Counted from the stretch's first letter, positions 46,415-58,739 are shown. The stretch: 64,000 bases of DNA from Schizosaccharomyces osmophilus (GCF_027921745.1 NC_079239.1:248001-312000), one strand, 5' to 3'. The notes: a model not told the origin generated them from the letters alone. Numbers and translations are program-made.

Positions 46415-47557
46415 TTAACGCTTACGTGAAGAACTGTTTAACTTTAGTCGTTCAATTTCAAGCTCAAGTTGTTTGATTTGGACATGCTGAGCTTCGAGGT
46501 CCTTGTTTAAATTGTCACGCTCAGCAATCAGCCTTTGTTCCCATTGTCGGAAGCGAGCCTCTTCTTGTCGGACTTGCTCGGTAAACCTTCTTCTAAGACT
46601 TTCTTCCTCCTCCTTAAACTTACTATTGTCAATAGTCCTCAATTTTGGTTCACCATATTGGCGAACTTGCATCTGTTCTTGTCGGTATTGCTCATAAATA
46701 ATGTCTTCAGTTCTCTGAATAAGGTCTAACATACAGCTTCTAATCAGGAGATTTCGTAGCTGTTTGAAATCACAATGTTCTTCACTTTCAACCTCGACGG
46801 TACCCCATGGATACTTACGACCTTTAACAATACGGCCATCAGCGGTTCGGGTATCTTCTTCGCTACTAACGATTGCAAAAGGCATTGCGCTGATGATGCC
46901 TTGAATTTGACGCTGGAAAACCGGGTCTCCTTCATCTATGCTTGGCTTGTATATGCTTACCTGATGATAATCAAGCACTTGTGCAATACGGGTCTTGTAC
47001 ATGGCCAAATCACGTCGGGTGTACATGTCTGATTTGGCGATCACGGGAATCAGGTTGACACGTTTGCAGAGACGCTTCATAGCCTCCAAATCCATAGGAC
47101 GCAAGCCATTTCGTACGGGACGGAGAAAGTATAAGCATGCATGAATGCGCATGTCAATAATCTTTGTTCGGTCTGGTTGTTGATCCTGTCGCATATACGA
47201 CTCATGCTGATCCTCTATAAACTCTAGGATAGATTCCCAGCAACCAGTGTTATTTATGAAATCACCAAATCCAGGAGTATCAACCATAGTAAGTCTCAAA
47301 TGGAAGTTCTTTTCTTCCAATTCCGCTTTTGTAATTTCAATTTCCACACTTTTCTCCGTATGCTTGGAACGGCGCGTCTCAATGTCCATATGAGGCTTAA
47401 TAGAAGTGGAAAACAATGTATTGCAAAACGTCGTTTTACCGAGTCCCGATTCACCACAAAGCATTAGTGTTAGAGCAGCTCCATTACGCGACACGATTTT
47501 GTGTCTTTGATTTGGTAAATCAGCAATTCCTACAGATAACATCTCGTCTTCATTCAT
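46415..47557 (-). CDS. spn4: Septin (Cdc12-group)
   Basis: GESGLGKTT P-loop, DTPGFGD, AKSD, GRKYPWG, HCDF, C-terminal coiled coil; 380 aa. Confidence 0.95.
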   Translation of the reverse strand: MNEDEMLSVGIADLPNQRHKIVSRNGAALTLMLCGESGLGKTTFCNTLFSTSIKPHMDIETRRSKHTEKSVEIEITKAELEEKNFHLRLTMVDTPGFGDFINNTGCWESILEFIEDQHESYMRQDQQPDRTKIIDMRIHACLYFLRPVRNGLRPMDLEAMKRLCKRVNLIPVIAKSDMYTRRDLAMYKTRIAQVLDYHQVSIYKPSIDEGDPVFQRQIQGIISAMPFAIVSSEEDTRTADGRIVKGRKYPWGTVEVESEEHCDFKQLRNLLIRSCMLDLIQRTEDIIYEQYRQEQMQVRQYGEPKLRTIDNSKFKEEEESLRRRFTEQVRQEEARFRQWEQRLIAERDNLNKDLEAQHVQIKQLELEIERLKLNSSSRKR

Positions 47558-48597
47558 TTTGCGTCAATCTATCTTTTGTTGAAGTCCTGCTGAGTCGCGA
47601 ATTGTTATAATGATCAGTGGATTTACGTGTTATTTCGTGTTCCGAGTTTTTTTGGCAATGAAAACCTAAAGATTTTCTTCGTTATAAAATAAAATACTAA
47701 TTGAACTCTTCAATGAAGGATGCGGACTGCAACTTTTCCAAGTTCAATATGCCGCTTTGATCTAAAACAATGTCGGTTCTTACTGAAATCAGAACCTCCC
47801 TACAGCAGAATGTTAGCAGGCTATGCTTACACAAAGTCTCGGTAAAAAGGCCTTGTGGACTACAGCACGACAGTGATATTCATATAGTGAACTCTTTAAA
47901 GTTCATTATATGCAGAGGGACAGGTATCATACTAATCATTGTATGATGCTCCTTTCTAATTTACAGAAATCAGATTTCCTGAAGCTGCTGAAAACTCATT
48001 CCATAGCAAGTTTAATGAATTTTTATTTGTCAATAACATTTTTAAAAGAGATAGTTTAGACCGACATTTTCTGTCAGTATAGTAGATATATAACAAACCT
48101 TTGGTATTTATAAGAAGCAGCGGTTTAATAAATATTTTTCCTGTTTCATGTGATCCATCTATTTGCAATCGTAAAATAGGATCAGACTTTAATTACCGAT
48201 GTACTTTATTTTTTTTATTTCTCTCAAATATTTATTTGTTTATTTACATTCAGTTAAATCCTTAACAAGTAGCATGTTACTTTAGTATTGTGGATATTTT
48301 ACCAACTTTTTTCCATAGGCCAGAGCTTGATATAGATTCGGCCTTCCCCAAGGCCAAACGAGAAGGTGAATTCTTTTGTTTTCTTTTTTTTTAATTTGTT
48401 AACTTCTTATTAGCTGAACAACTGCCGCTTTCATAATTGTACAATATATCAAGATTTCGATATTGGACTTGGTGCTAGGTTATACATTGGATTTTTCGTA
48501 TAAGTTTTTTGTTTTTTTATACATTGTTGGCTAAAAAGTTTACATCCCATTTCTAAAAACCCACAGTTTTTGTTTACGATATTGCTTGACTATCGTT

Positions 48598-49701
48598 ATG
48601 GTCTTTTCCAAGTATAAAGATTTCGTAGAGGACGGTGATCTTGTGGTGGCATGGATAGGGAGAAATAAGTTGCTTCCTTTAAAAATCGAGGACGGCCAAA
48701 CTTTCCACAATCAATATGGTGCTTTCCCCCATTCAGAAATGATTGGCAAACGGTATGGACAACAAATTAGTTCCTCTGCTAAACAGGGATTCATTTACCT
48801 CCTTCAGCCCACTCCTGAACTTTGGACATTAGCTCTTCCTCATCGTACCCAGATTGTTTATACTCCCGATATATCTATTATTTTCGAAAAACTTCGCATT
48901 GTCCACGGGACAAGGGTTATTGAGGCTGGAACAGGAAGTGCAAGTATGTCTCACGCATTATCAAGGACTGTTGGCCCATCAGGAAAGCTGTATAGTTATG
49001 AATATCATGCTTCCAGATATGAGACGGCTCTGCAAGAGTTCCGCGATCACAATATGTTAGATGAAATTAATGGAAACACTCACCTCACACATCGAGATGT
49101 TTGCAAGGATGGCTTTGAAACGGAAGGTTTACCATTAAAAGTAGATGCTATCTTCTTGGATCTGCCAGCTCCTTGGGAAGCAATTCCTCATTTGATAAAA
49201 CACGTTAATCGTAATGGAACCACACGTGTTTGCTGCTTTTCTCCTTGCATGGAGCAAATTCAGCGTTCCGCATCTGCTTTACAAGTTTCTGGTTGGTGTG
49301 ATATCGAAATGCTAGAGGTTTCTTACAAACAATGGACTGCTAGGAAATCTAGAGTAATTCGTGTTGACGATTCAATCGATAGATTAAAGGAAGTAAAGCG
49401 TCATCGAACGGAAGGATTTGAGCGAAGAAAAGAAAGACAGCGTTTAGAAAAAGAGTTTGCTGAATCTGCAGAGAACGGTGAGGAGCTTAACGATTCACAG
49501 GTTTCTACTCCTTCAGAACCACCATCGAAGAGCCCCACTAGTACAGAAAAGATTCATAAACGTATACGTGAAGGTGATGAAGAATATGAATGGAGCAATG
49601 TTGCACGCGTTGATTCAAATCTGAAGAACCATACAAGTTATCTTTTGTTTGCTGTCCATCTTCCTTCACAACTCGACAACGAAAGCGAGTCCACAGAATA
49701 G
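48598..49701 (+). CDS. cpd1: tRNA m1A58 methyltransferase catalytic subunit (Trm61/Gcd14)
   Basis: PTPELWTLALPHRTQIVY.PD, IEAGTGS.SMS, FLDLPAPW, FSPCMEQ, HTSYL.FA. Confidence 0.92.
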   Translation: MVFSKYKDFVEDGDLVVAWIGRNKLLPLKIEDGQTFHNQYGAFPHSEMIGKRYGQQISSSAKQGFIYLLQPTPELWTLALPHRTQIVYTPDISIIFEKLRIVHGTRVIEAGTGSASMSHALSRTVGPSGKLYSYEYHASRYETALQEFRDHNMLDEINGNTHLTHRDVCKDGFETEGLPLKVDAIFLDLPAPWEAIPHLIKHVNRNGTTRVCCFSPCMEQIQRSASALQVSGWCDIEMLEVSYKQWTARKSRVIRVDDSIDRLKEVKRHRTEGFERRKERQRLEKEFAESAENGEELNDSQVSTPSEPPSKSPTSTEKIHKRIREGDEEYEWSNVARVDSNLKNHTSYLLFAVHLPSQLDNESESTE

Positions 49702-49818
49702 GCTTTCTTAAAATTAACTAGCGTTCTGATAAAATTAGTTGCATTTTATTTTTGGGGTATATAGGAAACAATAAATATACTGATAACTTCAATTTCTAAA
49801 TCGTATTGAATATCATTA

Positions 49819-51432
49819 TTACAAAACATCATTATTATACACATTCCTTCTAGAAGTATCACCGGATCCAGTTATAAGTTTTTTGTTTCGACCATCTTCA
49901 ATGGTATCCGGTGAGGCAGGTCTCTTTTTAGAACCGTTCAATCGACCTTGAATGTCCGATTCTTGAGAAAAGCGATCCAGCTGTCTTTTCAATTCCAGAA
50001 GAATAACTATAGTATTCTGTAATTCCACGTATTTTTCAGAGACTTTCGCAGTTGGCATAATCAAGCGAGACGATACGCCCAACTCGTTCATCGTAGCATG
50101 AACTTTTTGAACTAATGAAGCTTTCACGGCAGGAATCTTTTGCGAACGAACAAAACAGCCGCTATGCAGTTTTTCATGCCATGAAATACCCGATTTTGCG
50201 TCGTTAGGCGATGGACCATATCTGACTTTGGGCGCGTTCAACGCAAACGAACGAGCAGGTGTGCTGACAGAACTACTGACACCAGAAGATGGAGCCGAGT
50301 AATTAGTAGCAGGATCTTCTGTTTTAGTGACTCGGCGAGCATTTACCATGTCTTGAATCAACCCACTTACTCCAGCACTAGTATGAAACGATTGAAGGTC
50401 CTCAGTTGACTTTTGCTCATCAAGTAGCTTTAGCACTTCCTCTCGATCACTCAAAAGCTTGGATTGTAAAGACTCGATCCTCTTAAGTTCTATGAATAAA
50501 GCTTCTTCCTCAGCCACTTCTTCGGGAGTCCTAGAAGCCAAACCAACGAGATAATTCTTCCTGATTACTTCTTGTTCCTTGTTATACTCCATGCTATTAA
50601 GCAAAGAACTCTGAGCAGCTGTCATGCCGTTAATGGGATTTCGAGCCGTTAAAGTCTTCCTAGATACAGCATAAAACCGATCTTTAAGATCTTCTAGTGT
50701 ACGATTTTTACCCGGCCATTGATAGCGGTCAGCTATTACAAAGAATCGAAGATCAAATTCTCTACATAGCTTAAATAAATAGTCCGTTTCTTCTTTTGAC
50801 CAATCTTCATCTGCCAAGGGTTAGCATAACTCAGTTTGCACTCTTGGAATACTATACCTTCCAATAATTCACGATATTCATCATCCGTATAGTCCTGAAT
50901 GAAAAGGATTGTATTGAACTTTTCAAATTTATACGCTGAACCAAGTCGTTAGTATAAATAATATGATTTGAACCACTCTAAAAGAAACATACGAGCTTCC
51001 GATTCTGCTTCTGACTTTAGAACCCAATGGTGTAACGCAAGATCATCTCCTCTAGATGGGTTTCTAAACGGATGCCAAACCCTATAGAGTGTTAGCAATT
51101 TCCCTCGATCTTGATATAAGAAACAATGAGATGAAATTTTAAATCGTCCAGTTGTAATAAAACACTCTCTAATCACTTCCGACGTGCTTCATGTCTATGA
51201 CACATTCAGCTTTTATTTCTACATACCAATTCTTCGCTTTCTGGTTACTCTTTGGCTTTTCTTTAAATTTTTTTTGATAAATTGCTAATGGTGCAGAATT
51301 TTCACCAAGCAAAGAGAAAAGCTCACGAGATATTCCTTCGGGACGTTTTTCGCCTTGACTTTTCGGCTTTTGTTTATTCACTGCTCCTGGTGGCGGAAGC
51401 TCAAAAACGTCTCGGATATCTGCGCCGCTCAT
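49819..51432 (-). CDS. swc4: SWR1/NuA4 subunit (Eaf2/DMAP1), SANT domain; introns 51226-51082, 50992-50936, 50857-50811
   Basis: MSGADIRDVFEL, PEGISRELFSLLG, W.WHPF.NPSR.DDL.LHHW, WSKEETDYLF.LC.EFDLRFFVIADRY. Confidence 0.92.
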
Positions 51433-51901
51433 TACTAAGAGATACGGACTTTGCAGATTTACTACTGGAATTGTTTGTAGTGCCACTTTTTTGGTGGTTA
51501 GTTTCAAATTTAGCAAATCATAACAAACTGTCTTATAAAGTCATAACGAATTGTGCGTAAAATGGATTAGTCAAACAAATCAATATTCTTATTTACTGTC
51601 AATCAAAAAATCCCTTTCATAAAGCAAATAGCTATATCAATTGTTGTGCTGTGCTTACTTTACTCACTCTCATCCTTTTATGCCAGTGACATTCTTAACA
51701 GTCGAAAATTGCAATATTGAAATAACATCATATCTATATATGTTTTCGTATAAAATCATGACGATGTGCTTCTATCAATTAGTGTAAAGAAGAAAAGCAT
51801 AGCGAGCATCGTCAATCATGTTCATCAGGTCTCATAGAAAAGCGTTATGTTAAAAAACAGCATAACGTAAATATAGTACATAAAATGGTATCATGATATC
51901 A

Positions 51902-54092
51902 TTAAGTACTGGAAACAATTTCACTGGCTTGCAATAAAGATTCAACCATACGTTCGCATTCTTTGCGTCGTTGAACAGTAATGTCACTTTCTTCCAAAAG
52001 TTTCTCGTAGCTGTTATTCTTATAAATCTGTTCAAGTAGTTCGTGTTGGATATGCTCCTTTGAATAGCGAATCATCTTCAGTGAAACAGATTTGGGAACC
52101 ATGTCAGCCAAAGTCCTCTTCACTATGTTGAAATAAGAAGTAATCAATAATTCTAAAAGTTAGTTTGTTTTTATAAACAGTCAAATACTTACTTATGACC
52201 TCAGTATCAGTTTTTTCACGCTCTGAAAGCGTGGTGGAAGCGCGAAGAACGGGTGGTGGAGGCTCCATTGCGGCAAGTCTCTTCTTATTCTTGGAGCCAA
52301 AAAAGCTTCCAAAGAAACTGCTCGCACCACTAGGTGGCGTCTCCACAGTCGGTGCGGAATTGTTCGTCAAAGGTTTCCCTGTCTTAGGATCAACTGGAAT
52401 GGGTTTATTGCTTTGGCTTTGCACAATTGCCATTGCTTGATGTCCAGACAAAAAGTCGGGGTGTACAGTATTTATGTAAGAACCTTCCATGGCAACCAAA
52501 TCGCTTACTAAAACTGCAGTTGGTTTCATGCATTTTTTAAAAAAACCCATAGCAACTTTGAAGAATTCGTCTTTCAATTGGGGGAAGCGCTTGAAGACAG
52601 GCTTTTGGAGAAGCTGGTTTAGAATTCGAATCAACTCGTCGAAAATAAGCGAAACGCATTTTTGTGAGGGATCTTCTAAACGCTTGATTTGCTGTTTCAC
52701 AATGAGTTCGAATGCTTGTGTACCCATAAACAAACTAGGGGAAGGACCAGATGAGTTGTAAAGGATTGTACGGATATCTGTATCCTTGACTTCATCAAAT
52801 GGATCCACTGCTTGTACGCCATTTGAATAAATCTCGTGAAAGACAAAAGCTATACGCGCACCACCGGATAATTCGGTGATAGACAAATCCTCACTGTTAC
52901 CATCGAGAACCGTACGGAATTCATTACAAAAGTCGGTAATAAGGTTCAAAACGATGCTGGAACTGTCCCCAACCAAAGAATCACCCAAGGACTGTAGTTC
53001 AGCCTGGTACTTTGTTAAAGCAGCATTGATGCGAACCTTTATTTCAGGAAGGGTGTTACGAATATGATGCATCAGAATCTTTTTTGTTAGTAATTAACCG
53101 ATTAGAAACTTCCAACTTACCATATTCAATTTCCGAGCAAGGAAAGGAGTACCGCAATACTGAGCCTTCGTACTGTAAGAAGGATGATTTTCAAAAAACT
53201 CTCTCTCAGCATCTAAAGCCAAACGAATGGACTTTTTACCCTCAATATCTTTTTGACCACGATTTATAACCGGCACATAGCCTAAACGCAACGGTATTAT
53301 GCGACCAGCAAGAATATCAACAACATCAGTACCTTTGTCCATCAAATCAACCTTTGTCAAGACACCAATAGTACGCAATCCCTCAGGATCAACTTCTCTC
53401 GCCAATTTTAAGCCGTCTGAATTTGCAAGATCGGTATTAGCAGCGTTAACGGCTAGAATAATGGCGTTATTCTTGGACATGTATTTTAAAACCATTTCAC
53501 GGATTTGCTTTTCGATGTCCCGAGGCTGGTCACCAACAGGAACCTTTGTAAGTCCGGGAAGATCTACCAAAGTCAACGTCAAGACATGAGGAGAATAAAT
53601 GCGTAAATAAATAGGAACGGAAGAAATTCCTACATTTTTACCAGTCTTTTCTTCTGTTTCTCGAACTATTTCGCTTCTAATCCTTTCAAAATCATAAATC
53701 TTTTGACCGGGAAGATGGAGAAATTCACCCCATTCACTATTATTGTTTTCATTAGCCCCTTCTTTCGATGAGCTATTGGCATCCTCGTCCTTGGGAGTTT
53801 CAGAACTAGGTCTGTTTATTAATTGTAAAACCAATGGACGTCTAGTTACAATTCCTGTGCCGCGAGGAAGAAAGTCTCTTCCAACGATGTTTTCCAACAC
53901 TGAAGACTTTCCGCTTGACTGCGAGCCAACCACCTAAAAGAATTGGTTAATAATTTCCAACGCAAACGAAGCAAAGCGACAGCAAACAAACTTTCATACA
54001 GTAATCTGTGGTAAATCAATCAAGTTTTGAACGCCAACTGTGGAAAAGGCTTCTTGAAGTTGATTTACAACTTTGATCAAGGAGGGATCCAT
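51902..54092 (-). CDS. vps1: Dynamin-like GTPase; introns 53999-53934, 53120-53079, 52192-52153
   Basis: [45 protein letters not shown], middle domain, FFGSFF insert, GED domain. Confidence 0.95.
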
Positions 54093-54326
54093 TCTTGACT
54101 TTCCAAATCCACTTAATTAGAAAATACGTTTCTATAATTGGATTATTTTTTGGATGTATGTCGGTGGTTATTGCTGTTTATACGTATGTGGAACACCGCT
54201 TCTTTTCTCTCAATAGCGTAAAGTACTAAGGAACGTTAAAGTAAAACTACGATCTTCAAAAAAAGCGCAATCTAAAGATATCGTAAAAGAACATTTGTGC
54301 GTTACAAAACAAACATGAACTTGCTA

Positions 54327-54346
54327 TTTTTTTTTTTTTTTTTTTT
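54327..54346. repeat. Poly(dT)20 tract in the vps1-cid16 divergent region
   Basis: 20 consecutive T. Confidence 0.85.
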
Positions 54347-54584
54347 GTTGAACAAAAGTAAATTTTTAATTAACTACGTTGTATTTGCAGAAAGTATCTT
54401 TTGTTGATATTTTTTGAGAAATAACATTTTAGAAGCTCAGCGTACTAGCAAATTCATAAATATACCCCGGTACGATACATTCTTCTATTTCTCTTTCTTT
54501 ATATTATTTTTTATTCAAATTAACTTCATATCAAGACCTTTCTGTTTGTTTAAATGTTTACAACGGTAAAAACACTTGCAATGC

Positions 54585-54595
54585 TTATCTGATCA
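54585..54595 (-). promoter_or_regulatory. Fep1-type extended GATA motif TGATCAGATAA about 270 bp upstream of cid16
   Basis: TTATCTGATCA on + strand, identical to 20836-20846. Confidence 0.45.
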
Positions 54596-54862
54596 CTTAT
54601 TTCGTAAGAAGGGTGGTGGTAGCTAGCTTCTTGAACATGCCTTTACCTTTCGCAAATTGTCTGGGTTAAACAATTGTCCGTTATAACCCTTAGTTAGATA
54701 ATTTCCTGATCGTATTTAAGATTTCTTTTTCCTTATTATAGGTTTACATGGTTAATAATCAAATAAAAAACCAAAAGCCAACAGTGTGGATAGTTCGTCA
54801 ATGTATATACAAAAGCGACTTTTTGACGAAAAATTCAATGAAAATACAATAGAAATCTACTC

Positions 54863-57800
54863 ATGTCGGAAAGCACAGACCGTGTTATACTAGCGAAATT
54901 ACTGTTGAAACCAATTCAGACCGTATATTATTTTTCAAAAGTATACGGCGGAACAGTAAATTATTCGCAAATTCAATGCTTGTTTGTACCGAAAATAACA
55001 ATTCCGTTGGCTAACTACATTGCCTTGACTTCTTGTGGAGGACTGAAAGCAATGCTTAAATCCAAACAGCTCAGGCATATTTTTCAGTCGTCAAAACAAT
55101 TACTGACTCTCGTTGCTAATAATGGGAACGAAATCTCCAGTCCTACTTTATACCCAAAGTTAATCTCTTATGTCAACGAACAAGAAAGAAAGGGGAAGCC
55201 AGAATTTTGGAAGGATATTAAACGGAAAGTATCAGTTTTGTACGAAAGGGAAACGAATAAAGGGAATATTATACCTGAGGATGCCTTGTCAATGAATAAA
55301 AACACGAAATCTGTGATCTCCATGCCTCGTAAACATGAAGGCAACATTAAGCATACATCTGTTCAGAAAAAAGAAGTAGAGAAAGACATTGAGCACTTTA
55401 CTTCCTTACTTTTACTTCCTGTAGAGGCTTTTTTGTGGCATTTGAAGGAATCCAAAGACGGGATAAAGCGACGAGATCTTAAGAAAATTTTAGACAAGCA
55501 AAAAACCTGTCCTATTAAGCTTGAAGAAAGAGATTTTTTGATCTTATCCCAGTTGGGAGGCATTGATAGAATTGCTACTTCTGACCATCTAAATCCTCTT
55601 ATATTATTCGACACCAACTCGGGAACCATAAAATTAAAACAGCCTTTGGGGAAGAATACTCCGAGAATCCTTCGAAAATGTTTACATGAATCTATCATGG
55701 AACGTCGTGCATCTTTGAAGCCCGATGCCTGGAGGAGTATATGTAATAACCTGAAGAAAACTACTGTCAAAGATAGCTCTTTTCCTATATTATGTGGCCA
55801 GATTGAAGTTGCAAAATTAAACATTCCTGATACTGTAGCAACAAATCCTAGTTCCATCTTGGAGTTAGACTCTACGTCTAGCCTCTTTGATAACTCTGGT
55901 CTTCTACCGCTCTGCTCTTTAGCAAATCAATCAAATTCTTATTTTCGCCAGTCTACCAGTGTTTTACTTACGGACTTGCTGTTGGAACCTCTTCGAGCTC
56001 TGTTTGTCTATTTCTCCTTTTTAACATCCTCCATGTCCACTGGAGAGATTGAACGCTTTTTCAAAATCATATTAGAATCGCATTTCTTAAGAAAATCTAC
56101 TGGAACGGCATTACACTTGGTGGGTGGTATTGCAGGCATCTCATCGTCGACATCTTTAAGGCATCTTTTCGATAACGTAGAGAACGATGGTTTAAAGGTA
56201 GGACACCCATTGAAAGCGGTATTCCGTGAAAATTTGCATTCGGAATTATTCAAATCGGTTGAAGAGATCGTTTCCAAGATCCCTACTGGGAATTTATCGG
56301 GAATAAAGAAACGACTATTCACGGACCTTATGGATGAGTTAGCTTTTACCAAATTGGATATTTTACGGGATCACATCAGGAATTCAGATGCAAAATGGAA
56401 AAGCGTGTATATGCTGCTTCCAATATTCATGACTTTAAGTCAAGAATTTGCCAAAAACCCTTGTCTTTCAACGGAAAATATGAAATCAATATTTTTTAAG
56501 GAAGTTTCGGAAGATTCCTCCAAATTTTCGACGGCAGTCTTACAGCTGGTTGAAAGAATGGGTGGCATCGCTAACTTTTTATCTTCTCATGAATTTATTC
56601 CTATATATAAGGCTCATGAAGCCCAATCGGAGGAAATAAATAAAAGTAAAGAGAGACTACTTATTACTGTGTTTGCTTCAGTATGCCAGTTCTTAAATAA
56701 TACGCTGCTACAAAAGCCAGGACTCATAGGCGATTTCGGCAATATCCCAAACAAATATTTCAAAAATGAAAAAAGCGTTCGTCATGAGAAATTGGATCCA
56801 CACTCTGTATCTGAAGCTCACGCTGCTAAAAAAGCATATACAGTGAACAATACAAAGAAATTAGCGGTATCCAAAGTCGAACAAGACAAGATTCCGGATA
56901 AAACTAAAGAAATGTCCTTAAAACTCTCTAATTTACTCAGTGCGGAGAATAAAGAACGACAAATACTTATAGAGCCTTCGAAACAGGCCATGCATTTTCC
57001 TGTACAATTTGAAGAAACTAAAGTATATTCTGTCCATCATCTTAATCTACTTATTCTGAGAAAATCAGTTAAAGGTATCGGCTCTCCAAAGGAAATAATT
57101 TCATTCTTGAATAATTATTTCCTGGTCAAGATGGAAAAGTCTTTTGTCAACCAGTACTTGGAGAATTTAGAAAAGCTGCACCTGATTACCGATATTTATC
57201 CTCGTAAGCTTACACCAATTGGAGAAGAATTTTTAAGCCACCCAAATGAATGGGATCCCTCTAAAATGTCGGAAAATAAGTACGTGGCTATTTCCCACGA
57301 GCTTCAGAAGAAAAGAGAGAAAGATATTTACGATGCATATTTAGAGAAGGAGATTGGTAAAAAACGGAGAAAATTGGTGTCCGAATTTTTAAAGAGTATA
57401 CAACATTTACTAAGCAGCAAACTGGCTATTCCTGTGCAAGTTCATACCTTAGGATCATTTAAAACTGGTTTAATGACAAAGCACTCAGATGTCGACTTGG
57501 TTGTTACGTCGAAAAAGCCCCTGATGAAGAATTTTAATTCAATTTTAAAACTGCTTTACAAAAGGTACAAGGAAATAATTCCGATACGACATGCTAAGGC
57601 TCCTGTAATTAAGTTTTCTACACCAGAAGGACTCCGTTGTGATTTAACTTTCGATTCTATGCTCGCCGTACAAAACTCTTGCTTAATTAAGGCATACTTA
57701 GGTATAGACGAAAGAGTGAAGGTGTTTGTTTCAACTATTAAAAGCTGGGCGTCACTTCGCATGATTGACAAATCTCAGTTTAGTTTTCCTTCTAGTTATA

Positions 57801-58282
57801 CTTGGTGTATTATGGCTCTCTTCTATCTTCAACAGCTTTCGCCGCCACTGTTGCCAAATCTCCAAGCCAAAAATTCTGAAAATTCTCACAAATCGTTTGA
57901 TTCTAATGGTGAACCGGTGAATTGTTGGTTTGAAGCAAAAACAGAAGTATATAAAGAAAAGGCGAAGTTAAACAAAAGTAGTGTCAATGATTTGCTGCTT
58001 GGTTTTTTTTATTATTACAGCTCTTCAAAAAGTGGCTCCTTTAATTGGAATCAAGATGCAATTGATATATCTTATGACCGCCCTATTGCGAAAAGACTTG
58101 TCAAAAACGCCAGTCATGCTCCAATGATGGTAATGGATCCATTTCTCAAGAATAAGAATCTTACATCAGTCCTCAATCCTGCTTCAAGGGATTTAGTACA
58201 ATATGAAATGGAAAGAGCCTATCGGATACTAAATGATTATAATGCTACCATAAACAGCTTAATGAATCCTTCTGTTCGGTGA
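54863..58282 (+). CDS. cid16: Cid1-family terminal nucleotidyltransferase (poly(U)/poly(A) polymerase) with a long N-terminal extension
   Basis: C-terminal Pol-beta NTase GSFKTGL..KHSDVDL, AKAPVIKF, CDLTF, SSYTWCIM..FYLQ, PAP-associated VMDPF..NKNL; synteny vps1-cid16-mtl1. Confidence 0.87.
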   Translation: MSESTDRVILAKLLLKPIQTVYYFSKVYGGTVNYSQIQCLFVPKITIPLANYIALTSCGGLKAMLKSKQLRHIFQSSKQLLTLVANNGNEISSPTLYPKLISYVNEQERKGKPEFWKDIKRKVSVLYERETNKGNIIPEDALSMNKNTKSVISMPRKHEGNIKHTSVQKKEVEKDIEHFTSLLLLPVEAFLWHLKESKDGIKRRDLKKILDKQKTCPIKLEERDFLILSQLGGIDRIATSDHLNPLILFDTNSGTIKLKQPLGKNTPRILRKCLHESIMERRASLKPDAWRSICNNLKKTTVKDSSFPILCGQIEVAKLNIPDTVATNPSSILELDSTSSLFDNSGLLPLCSLANQSNSYFRQSTSVLLTDLLLEPLRALFVYFSFLTSSMSTGEIERFFKIILESHFLRKSTGTALHLVGGIAGISSSTSLRHLFDNVENDGLKVGHPLKAVFRENLHSELFKSVEEIVSKIPTGNLSGIKKRLFTDLMDELAFTKLDILRDHIRNSDAKWKSVYMLLPIFMTLSQEFAKNPCLSTENMKSIFFKEVSEDSSKFSTAVLQLVERMGGIANFLSSHEFIPIYKAHEAQSEEINKSKERLLITVFASVCQFLNNTLLQKPGLIGDFGNIPNKYFKNEKSVRHEKLDPHSVSEAHAAKKAYTVNNTKKLAVSKVEQDKIPDKTKEMSLKLSNLLSAENKERQILIEPSKQAMHFPVQFEETKVYSVHHLNLLILRKSVKGIGSPKEIISFLNNYFLVKMEKSFVNQYLENLEKLHLITDIYPRKLTPIGEEFLSHPNEWDPSKMSENKYVAISHELQKKREKDIYDAYLEKEIGKKRRKLVSEFLKSIQHLLSSKLAIPVQVHTLGSFKTGLMTKHSDVDLVVTSKKPLMKNFNSILKLLYKRYKEIIPIRHAKAPVIKFSTPEGLRCDLTFDSMLAVQNSCLIKAYLGIDERVKVFVSTIKSWASLRMIDKSQFSFPSSYTWCIMALFYLQQLSPPLLPNLQAKNSENSHKSFDSNGEPVNCWFEAKTEVYKEKAKLNKSSVNDLLLGFFYYYSSSKSGSFNWNQDAIDISYDRPIAKRLVKNASHAPMMVMDPFLKNKNLTSVLNPASRDLVQYEMERAYRILNDYNATINSLMNPSVR

Positions 58283-58739
58283 TGGGTGACTTTGTTATAC
58301 AAATAACTCAAGATTTTATTATTACGCTGCTAGTTCTCACATCGCTTTTGTAGTTAGATTGAAATTAAGAACTGGACCTTTAGCTTGGATATATAGTCTT
58401 GCGCTTAGCGGCAGTCTAATAGGGAGAAGTCTTTAATTTAATAACTTACATACTGTAGTAACTATCTTCGCAACTTCCTGAACAATGTGGTTGTTTGGCC
58501 ATTGTGAAGAAGATATTTTATTTCAATAAGAAAAAAAAATAAAATTATTTATATTCAATTAAGAAAATAAAGAATCAAAGTATGTGAATTAAAGTGAAAG
58601 TTTGAGAATCTATCATTTATGAAATTAAGCTCGTTTAAGCGAACACCTAAAAGCAAGGAATTTGCAGCTTACCTACTTCTGACAAAAACCTTTATTTTGG
58701 CACTTGAGTAACTTGAGTGTGAAGTTTTGATGCTTTTAT

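Noticed and set aside
31538..47557. Apparent cluster of cytokinesis/cytoskeleton genes (aip1, cyk3, mzt1, sid1, spn4)
   Set aside because: Same order as recalled for S. pombe, interspersed with unrelated genes, and no shared upstream motif seen.
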